Of a DNA stretch of 64,000 nucleotides, positions 1 to 6,561 are shown in pieces. Positions within the stretch are counted from its first letter, which is position 1, and every line of letters starts with the position of its first letter. The position numbers were made by a program, and so were the translations under genes. The notes under the pieces are model-generated. The model saw nothing but the letters and a program-made list of their open reading frames with translations, had not been told where the DNA came from and ran no database searches. This DNA comes from an uncultured Lentisphaerota bacterium (GTDB lineage: Bacteria > Verrucomicrobiota > Kiritimatiellia > RFP12 > UBA1067), in assembly GCA_946413265.1 (NCBI GenBank), contig CAMKJU010000007.1:296-64295 (forward strand), written 5' to 3'.

Positions 1-670
1 CTTTCACCCTGCACACAATAATGTAGAGATGACTGCGATTGCCCTTCAGCAGGTCGTCCGCAACATGCTGCGCGTCCTCTCCGTCGAGGACAGCGCGGAC
101 GAACACATCCCTGTCGCGGTCGCTAACGCCATATTCGCCGCAGACAAGGTCCACCATCTCCCGGACGGCCTGGCGGCGGATCTTCTCGCTCAGGCGCTCG
201 ATCGGCGATTGGGCGTCCTGGTTCCGGACCTCCTCCCTCGCCACCAGGTACTGGGTCTGACGCCGGATGTTACGCAGACGCTCCGCGCGGTGGCGCTCGC
301 CGAGCGTACGGTCGGCAAGCGTCGCCGAGTATGCGTCGCGCAGCTCCTTGTGCGTATTGCCGGCCCACGCCCACTTTGCCTCGCGCTCGTTCCTGTGGCT
401 CAGAAAAGAACGCGCGTGCATCTGGACAAACCCGACCCACTGGGCCTCCGTCTTAGGTTCAAGCTCCTCCTCAAGGCGATGGTCGGGGTCAAGCCCTGCA
501 ATCTTTATGACCGCACTCTGAACGGCGTCTTCGCAATCCTGCCTGTTACCCGACCGCCAAAGCGAGTTGACGATCTTGGGGCCGTGCTTCCGAAGGAGCG
601 TGCCCCATTCCCCGAGCGTGGGGATGTACGCGATGCTGTCGCTTGCTGCGTGTGTATGCTTGCTTGTCAT
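1..670 (-). CDS. sigma-70 family (ECF-like) sigma factor-like protein; 3' end runs off the window start
   Basis: Not in the ORF track because the window edge truncates it. My translation from the ATG at 668-670 is open to position 1. It reads MTSKHTHAASDSIAYIPTLGEWGTLLRKHGPKIVNSLWRSGNRQDCEDAVQSAVIKIAG (region-2-like) and ends VSDRDRDVFVRAVLDGEDAQHVADDLLKGNRSHLYIIVCRVK (region-4 HTH-like). Track ORF 29..748 (+) is its antisense shadow. Confidence 0.5.
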   Translation of the reverse strand, partial: MTSKHTHAASDSIAYIPTLGEWGTLLRKHGPKIVNSLWRSGNRQDCEDAVQSAVIKIAGLDPDHRLEEELEPKTEAQWVGFVQMHARSFLSHRNEREAKWAWAGNTHKELRDAYSATLADRTLGERHRAERLRNIRRQTQYLVAREEVRNQDAQSPIERLSEKIRRQAVREMVDLVCGEYGVSDRDRDVFVRAVLDGEDAQHVADDLLKGNRSHLYIIVCRVK

Positions 671-810
671 AGTGATCCTTTGTGGTTAGATGTTCATTTC
701 TATATGCGGACGCAAAAAATTGATTGGCCGGGCAGTTTTACGGACTAATGGAAAAGTTTTTTCCTGATAGAAAGAATTTCTGCTCCTCACTTGCCTGCTA
801 TCATCTTTTT

Positions 811-819
811 TGATACAAT
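811..819 (+). promoter_or_regulatory. extended -10 promoter candidate (TGATACAAT) for the rtcR-like gene
   Basis: TGnTAnAAT-type element. It would place a TSS near 826, so the 840-941 hairpin would lie in the 5' UTR. The same motif class recurs upstream of many genes in this window. Confidence 0.35.
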
Positions 820-839
820 ACCAACCGCAAACCCTTTTC

Positions 840-941
840 TTGCTTTCGCTATTGGGAGGTTAGGAGATTGGGAGACTTGGAGAAAATCTTCAAAAAGGCT
901 CACTAACTCCAAGACTCCGAAACTCCAAATAGCGAAAGCAA
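840..941 (+). repeat. about 100-nt imperfect hairpin element, copy 1 (GGAG/CTCC periodic arms)
   Basis: 5' arm TTGCTTTCGCTATTGGGAGGTTAGGAGATTGGGAGACTTGGAG. 3' arm CTCCAAGACTCCGAAACTCCAAATAGCGAAAGCAA. A second copy sits at 5684-5776 in the same orientation relative to local transcription. Confidence 0.8.
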
Positions 942-993
942 TGAACGTGCGTCAATGGTAGAGAGGTTTTGCAATTGCATCAGGAGACAACTC

Positions 994-2889
994 ATGGAAA
1001 AGAAGTCTATCAAGAAAAACATTCTAATCTCTTATTTCGGATACGAGCATGACCAGCTTGAATACAAGATGCAAGACAGGACATTCCTCGCCTCGTTCGG
1101 AAAAGACGCCAAGGCGAAGGGGTATCTCTCGCGCCTGAGTCCGAAAGACATCAAACGGACTGACATCTGGCGGCCTTCTGTCGCGCTCGCTTCCTACCCT
1201 GATCTGAAGTTCGACGATTACTATCTCCTCTACAGCGGCCTCAGGGGCCCCATGCGGAGAACCTTTGACGAGGTCGTAGAAGACATCAAGGCCCTACGGC
1301 CCAAGGTGAACCTGCACATAGAGGAGATGGCATTCAAATCGCCTTGGGACATGGTGAGCGTGTTCACGAACCTGTATAAGTTTGCCGAAGCCCATGCATC
1401 GGAATTCAGTGCAGAAGGTACCATGTGTTATGTGAACTGCAACCACGGCACAATGCAGATCAGAGAATCCCTTTTCATGCTCAGCCAGGAAGGCAAGATA
1501 CCCGGCATGCGAATATTGCCGTCCCCATGGCACGACAATACAAAACGCGACTATCGAACCCCGGTGGGAAGCTATGCGAAGGACGATCCGTCGGACTTCA
1601 ATGAAGCCTATCGCAAGTTGTCAATAGCCACGAAAAGGCAGGCTAAGAACAACGGGCTCATGGAGGGAATCTTCGTCGACAAGAGCAACACGGAATTCTT
1701 GGAGCTCCTCAACCAGATATTCTTCGTGGCGCAAAGAACAAAGGAACCGATACTCTTCACAGGCCCCACAGGTAGCGGGAAGTCGAACCTCGCCAGGAAC
1801 ATAGCAAAAACAAAGGGATTGAAAGACAAATTCGTATCCGTCAACTGCGCGACATTGGGTGGTGACCCGGGAATCATCAAAAGCGAGCTATTTGGCCACG
1901 ACAGGGGCGACTTCACGGGCGCGATCAGCACGTGCGACGGAAAACTGCAACAGGCCAACGGGGGGATTCTCTTCCTCGACGAGATTGCCGAGCTTCCCCT
2001 CGACTCCCAGGCGATGCTCCTGACGGCCATCGAAACCAAGAAGTTTAGGCGTCCGCATTCGACGGTGGACATACAATGCGACTTCATGCTCATCTGCGGC
2101 ACCAACAAGGATCTGTGGGAAGAAGTCAAGGCCAAGCGGTTCCGCCTGGATCTGCTGGAACGCATCAATACCTGGCATTTCCACCTCCCCGGCCTCGCGG
2201 AAAAAGAACGCCCCGGCTATGCCGCAAGACGGAAAGACATCGCCCTCAATTGCCAGCAAGTATTGAGTGAGTACAATAAAAAGTATTCCTCGCATCTTGA
2301 ATTTGCAAACGACGCATTACAACGTTTCATCGAATATGCAGAAGCCGACACCACCGAGTGGAAAGGCAACTTCCGGGAGTTCAACGCCATGATCTTCAGG
2401 ATGGCGACATTCGCAAACGGTCTTCAGATTGAGCTGAAAGGCGTCGAAAAGGAAATCGAACGCACCGAGTTTGAACTAAAATCATACAAGACCGACAGCA
2501 ACGTTACGGCAATAGCGACCGATGCCCCTCCTGCGGCAACGAAACAAGAGGAATTTCCAACCGCGTCGCAAACCATTAATACGCCCGACCCAACCTCTCC
2601 CCTTCCCGACGCATCCTGCAAATTCGAGTTCCTGCGCGAACTGCTTGGCGAGAAGTACGCCGAGCTCCGCCTGGACGAACTCGCCCAACTTGCCTTCGTC
2701 GCCTCGGTCTGCGCGGACGCGAAGAACCAGGCGGACGCCAGCCGGCGCCTCCGCATCAACCAGAGTGACGCAAAGGACGGTTCCCCACAGCTCTTCAAGT
2801 ACCTGTACCATTTGGGTTTGAACTTCGACAAGGTCAAGTCCTTTGCGCGCGGGTTCAAGCCCTCTGATTCGTCTCAAGTGCGCAGATAG
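994..2889 (+). CDS. rtcR: RtcR-family sigma-54-dependent transcriptional regulator (CARF-like N-domain + AAA+ + C-terminal HTH)
   Basis: AGGAGA RBS 7 nt before the ATG at 994. The N-domain matches the E. coli RtcR pattern (WRPSV..., SPWDMVSVF, NCNHGTMQI). AAA+ Walker A GPTGSGKS, Walker B GGILFLDEI, sigma-54 contact loop GDFTGA (nt 1906-1923). The C-terminal segments WKGNFREFNAMIFRMATFA and ...LFKYLYHLGLNFDKV parallel RtcR WRGNFRELSASVTRMATFA and ...LRKYLARFGLTWEAV. Confidence 0.75.
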   Translation: MEKKSIKKNILISYFGYEHDQLEYKMQDRTFLASFGKDAKAKGYLSRLSPKDIKRTDIWRPSVALASYPDLKFDDYYLLYSGLRGPMRRTFDEVVEDIKALRPKVNLHIEEMAFKSPWDMVSVFTNLYKFAEAHASEFSAEGTMCYVNCNHGTMQIRESLFMLSQEGKIPGMRILPSPWHDNTKRDYRTPVGSYAKDDPSDFNEAYRKLSIATKRQAKNNGLMEGIFVDKSNTEFLELLNQIFFVAQRTKEPILFTGPTGSGKSNLARNIAKTKGLKDKFVSVNCATLGGDPGIIKSELFGHDRGDFTGAISTCDGKLQQANGGILFLDEIAELPLDSQAMLLTAIETKKFRRPHSTVDIQCDFMLICGTNKDLWEEVKAKRFRLDLLERINTWHFHLPGLAEKERPGYAARRKDIALNCQQVLSEYNKKYSSHLEFANDALQRFIEYAEADTTEWKGNFREFNAMIFRMATFANGLQIELKGVEKEIERTEFELKSYKTDSNVTAIATDAPPAATKQEEFPTASQTINTPDPTSPLPDASCKFEFLRELLGEKYAELRLDELAQLAFVASVCADAKNQADASRRLRINQSDAKDGSPQLFKYLYHLGLNFDKVKSFARGFKPSDSSQVRR

Positions 2890-4517
2890 TAGCGCGCGTC
2901 GCCCTTCGATGTTGCACCGAATGGGTGATAGAGTGCCGGACGGAGGCGGGGCAACACATCCGCCAGACATTCATCCGCCGCATGCAGCACCTCCTCAATC
3001 TGCGTCCCGCGTCGGTACTTGTTCGAGGCCTCGTTGTAGCCGAAGTAATCCATCAGCATGGCCAATTCGCCCGGCTTCGGTTCACGACCGTCCGCCGAGA
3101 GCCGGAGGAGTACCATTCCCCGCAGGAGCTCTATGGCAAGCCGCCGGTGCGACAGCGTGTGCCGCCAAATCTGGTCGACGCATACACGCAGATTGACCGA
3201 AAGGGCCGGAACCACCCGGTCGCCGTCACGCAGGAAACAGGAAATCGCCGTCACCCGATCAAGGCTCGTGCCGAAGCCCTTGTTGAGATGGATGGCACAG
3301 GGGGCGGGAACGCCGTCCCAGCAGACCGCATGCGCCGCCTCACGGAAGCGCGCAAGCGCGTCGTAGATGCCTCCGAACTCAGCGTAATACGATTTCTCCT
3401 CGTTCTCGGCCCGCTCAAGGCGCTCGAGCTTACGCGCGAACTTCAGAGGTGCGACCCTCGCCGCACGCCGGAACTCGCTTTTCCGCGCCGCACGATCATT
3501 TTTCTCACGCGCATCCATCCGACGAAGCGTCTCCTTCAGCGTCTGTTCAATCGCCTCCGTGCCGTCCGTCAGCGCCAACCAGCACCCCTGCTGCCACCGG
3601 AAGGCGTTGCGTGGGGGCGCCACGCGCTCGAAGAGGTAGCTCGAATTCGCGCTCTGCACGATGTTGCAGGCCGCCTTCCCGGGGGCGCGACGCAGACCGC
3701 GTCCGCACATCTGGATTGTCGGCAGACGCGAGGCGTCGCGCGCGAAGATGCTTGATACGTCGGGCTGGTCGAATCCCTCCGTGAGCATCGCCACGTTCGC
3801 GACCACCTGCACGCGGCCGCTCGCAAAGGCATCGATCTGGCTCTCCTTGTCGCTCTCGCCCGTCACCACCTCGCACGCCACGCCGCCTGCGGCGAGGCGT
3901 TCGCGAAACGCCACACATTCGGCAATCGTCGAGAAGAACACGAGGCTTTTCCCCCAGCGCTTGGGGTCCGCCAGGTAGAAATCCGCAGCCGTGGCCACGC
4001 TGTAGTTCGGAATGACGTATGTATTGAACGGGCTAAGGTACCCTTCCCGCACGAGGCGGCCGATGGAACACGTGCGCACCGTCTCCTGGAAGGAGAGCTT
4101 CATGCGGTCCGTCCGCATGGGCGTGGCCGAGAGGCCGATCGTCCACCTGGCGCGCATCCGCTCGTAGAGGAGCACGCAGCTCTGTGTCGCCTCATGGTGG
4201 GCCTCGTCGAGGACGACGAGATCCACCTCCGGCGGTACCTTCTCGAAAAGCGAGACGGGGCGGATGTTATCCTGGTAGAGGTCCCGGTTCGCCTCCATCA
4301 TCTGGCGCAGCAGATGATGGCGCGGCGCCACCCAGCCGACCTTGATTGGACGCCCCAGATGCTCCTGGAAACGATGGATCACCTCCAGGGCCATGTACGT
4401 CTTACCCGAGCCGACAGGCGATTCAAGCAGGACGGAGGTGCGTCCCCGTTCCGCGAACGCGGCCAGCGCCTCCTTGATAGCCTCCTGCTGGTAGGGTCTC
4501 TCTTCGTAACGCGTCAC
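2874..4517 (-). CDS. SF2 DEAD/DEAH-box helicase (ResIII + helicase C) with a C-terminal extension of about 230 aa of unknown function
   Basis: GTG start 1 nt after the stop of the upstream gene (TAAgGTG). Motif I SPVGSGKT, motif II VLDEAHH, motif III GLSATP, motif VI QMCGRGLRR. The N-terminal 51 codons of track ORF 2874..4670 are R/S/T-rich overlap and were discarded. Confidence 0.8.
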   Translation of the reverse strand: MTRYEERPYQQEAIKEALAAFAERGRTSVLLESPVGSGKTYMALEVIHRFQEHLGRPIKVGWVAPRHHLLRQMMEANRDLYQDNIRPVSLFEKVPPEVDLVVLDEAHHEATQSCVLLYERMRARWTIGLSATPMRTDRMKLSFQETVRTCSIGRLVREGYLSPFNTYVIPNYSVATAADFYLADPKRWGKSLVFFSTIAECVAFRERLAAGGVACEVVTGESDKESQIDAFASGRVQVVANVAMLTEGFDQPDVSSIFARDASRLPTIQMCGRGLRRAPGKAACNIVQSANSSYLFERVAPPRNAFRWQQGCWLALTDGTEAIEQTLKETLRRMDAREKNDRAARKSEFRRAARVAPLKFARKLERLERAENEEKSYYAEFGGIYDALARFREAAHAVCWDGVPAPCAIHLNKGFGTSLDRVTAISCFLRDGDRVVPALSVNLRVCVDQIWRHTLSHRRLAIELLRGMVLLRLSADGREPKPGELAMLMDYFGYNEASNKYRRGTQIEEVLHAADECLADVLPRLRPALYHPFGATSKGDARYYLRT

Positions 4518-4518
4518 C

Positions 4519-5604
4519 TTACGCGGCCTCCTGCGAGAAGTTGATGCCGCCGAGGTAGAAGTTGCTGGTCCGGACCGCGTTCGGATAGAGGTCCTCGAGG
4601 TCGAAGTCCTTGGACAGCACCGTCCCCGCGAAGGAATGGAGCGTGGATTCGGGCTTGAGCAGCTCCGCATGGTGCGAGGCGAGCTCCGAGGCGAAGTTGA
4701 GGAGGTCGGCCACGCTGCACCCCACGGGCAGGAGCGGACGCTTCTTCTGTCCGATGTTCGTGAGGTCCGTCACGCCGTAGCGTACGCACGGGTTATCGGC
4801 GATTTCGTTCAGCCGCTCGCGGAGGAGCATCTGGTTGCGCGTGTTCGCCACCGAACGGCGGATCAGCCCATCCAGCAGCAAGACCTCGCCCACCGACGCC
4901 TTCGTGCCGGCCGCGGTGCACATGCGTTCCTGCAGCATCTCGACGCCGGACGGGTTGCTGAAGGACGCCAGCAGGCGACGGAAATGCTCGCCGCTGTTGT
5001 CCTTGATTTCCATCTTCGTGCGGAACAGCGGCGCCTCCGCCACTGCGCCGTTCGAGCAAATCTGCCGCCATGTGGCGAGACTCATGTCGGGCATGCCCAC
5101 GCCGTCCACGGGTACGCGACAACGCACGCGCACGTGGTAGGTGCTGTCGTTCGGCACGTCCCACGGGTCGTCGAGGTCGAGCATCGCGCTCAGCATGCCG
5201 TTGCCATATTCGACCTCCTGCAGGCGGCGGTCCTCGTGCAGGACGCCCTCAATGAATTTCACGGGCATGGGCAGGCCCTTGTCCTGCGTCAGACCCAGTG
5301 CCTGGTTCCGTTCCGTATCGACCGTCACGCGGAGCGCCAGATCGGACTCCTTCTCGGCCGCGCGCGTCATCACCTCTAGCGGTGTGAAGAACCCGAACAC
5401 GCCAAAGGGAATCCCCAGTTCGGCGGCAAGGGTCTTGTAGAACCGGTCGCTCAGTTTGTAAGTTGTCTGCCCGATAGAAAGACCTTTAATCTTCTCATCG
5501 TCGCAGTCCAGAGCCTCCACCATACGGCGAGGCGTAATGGGAATCGGCTCAAAACGATCGCCGATTCGCGAATTCATGTCGATTTTTTCTGTTTTTACTG
5601 CCAT
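4519..5604 (-). CDS. DUF932-like (phage/plasmid-like) protein
   Basis: ATG at 5604 with GGAG upstream; the track ORF begins at a TTG at 5655. The segment HVRVRCRVPVDGVGMPDMSLATWRQICSNGAV resembles the DUF932 core (R-x-[IV]-C-x-N-G) as I recall it. Translationally coupled to the helicase. Confidence 0.45.
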   Translation of the reverse strand: MAVKTEKIDMNSRIGDRFEPIPITPRRMVEALDCDDEKIKGLSIGQTTYKLSDRFYKTLAAELGIPFGVFGFFTPLEVMTRAAEKESDLALRVTVDTERNQALGLTQDKGLPMPVKFIEGVLHEDRRLQEVEYGNGMLSAMLDLDDPWDVPNDSTYHVRVRCRVPVDGVGMPDMSLATWRQICSNGAVAEAPLFRTKMEIKDNSGEHFRRLLASFSNPSGVEMLQERMCTAAGTKASVGEVLLLDGLIRRSVANTRNQMLLRERLNEIADNPCVRYGVTDLTNIGQKKRPLLPVGCSVADLLNFASELASHHAELLKPESTLHSFAGTVLSKDFDLEDLYPNAVRTSNFYLGGINFSQEAA

Positions 5605-5683
5605 GGCTTTATAATCTCCATAAACAGAAACCGTATGCACAGCACTATCTTTCAAGTTTTCTGAATTTTTTTGAATAAGTTTA

Positions 5684-5776
5684 TTGCTTTCGCTATTGGG
5701 AGTTTTGGAGTCTTGGAGTTTTCTTTAAATACTCTCCTTAACTCCGAAACTCCTAATCTCCCAATAGCGAAAGCAA
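5684..5776 (-). repeat. about 95-nt imperfect hairpin element, copy 2
   Basis: On the minus strand it reads TTGCTTTCGCTATTGGGAGATTAGGAGTTTCGGAGTT...AACTCCAAGACTCCAAAACTCCCAATAGCGAAAGCAA. It is collinear with copy 1 and lies between the sigma-54-like gene and the DUF932-like gene. Confidence 0.8.
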
Positions 5777-5797
5777 GAAAGGTTTTGTAACTGGTTC

Positions 5798-6559
5798 TTA
5801 GGTGAAAACGCTGGCCAAAGGTAGCGAAGCATATCCCCATGACAGACGACAATTCTGGCAATAGGCGTGGATATTCCCCGTGTCTGCCTTTTTCGACGTT
5901 TCTGCCTTCTTAGAACGAAAGTTGGCGCAGAAATCTGACGTAACAAAGCCCGTCTGCGTCATTGTTTTGTGATTCTCTCTAAACGCCGCCGGACTTTCAA
6001 GGGCCTCATCCCCTTCACTCTGCAGCCACTTCGCCACAGCCTCGTAGAACGCAAACTGCTTGCGAACGGCTTCAAGAATCTTGTGTGCCTCCGAATCAAA
6101 ACCATTTGGGCGATATCCCAACAGCGGGTTGCGGGGCGGAATACACGCCCATCGCCCCGATGCCGTCTCGACAATCCTGATCTCGTAGCCACGCAGAATG
6201 GAATCTAGCGGTGATGCCTCCTCGCCGTTCGGTGCCGCATACGCGCCAGAAGAATCGTCCTCATCCCGGATTTCGTCGTCATCAATGAAATCCACCTCCG
6301 AGTCGTAATCCTCCTCGGCAGCATCCGCAATTTCAGTAAAAACTTCTTCTTCCACGTCAGTCTCGACAACGATCTGGAAACTGGCGATCATCGCCTGCAA
6401 AATCTGTACTTGAGTGGCACAATCCGCGCGCAAAAACGTCGATGCCTGTATCCGTGTGGACAGTTCGACCTTGGCTTCCAGCTCATGTCTGGTGGAGACG
6501 TCCATTCGATTGGACTGCTGCATGATTGTCGCCATCTGCAATCCATAACCTAAAGCCAT
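5798..6559 (-). CDS. acidic 253-aa protein, possible divergent or truncated sigma-54 (RpoN)-like factor
   Basis: ATG 2 nt after the RNAP stop (TGActATG). Q/L-rich N-terminus, an acidic tract EEEVFTEIADAAEEDYDSEVDFIDDDEIRDEDD, then segments that by eye parallel sigma-54 region III up to but not including the RpoN box. The upstream part of track ORF 5798..6745 overlaps the RNAP gene and was discarded. Confidence 0.55.
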   Translation of the reverse strand: MALGYGLQMATIMQQSNRMDVSTRHELEAKVELSTRIQASTFLRADCATQVQILQAMIASFQIVVETDVEEEVFTEIADAAEEDYDSEVDFIDDDEIRDEDDSSGAYAAPNGEEASPLDSILRGYEIRIVETASGRWACIPPRNPLLGYRPNGFDSEAHKILEAVRKQFAFYEAVAKWLQSEGDEALESPAAFRENHKTMTQTGFVTSDFCANFRSKKAETSKKADTGNIHAYCQNCRLSWGYASLPLASVFT

Positions 6560-6561
6560 AG

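Noticed and set aside
29-748. 239-aa plus-strand ORF at the window start.
   Set aside because: It is the antisense shadow of the minus-strand ECF-like sigma gene (1-670), which has recognisable region-2 and region-4 sequences. The plus-strand product has no motifs.
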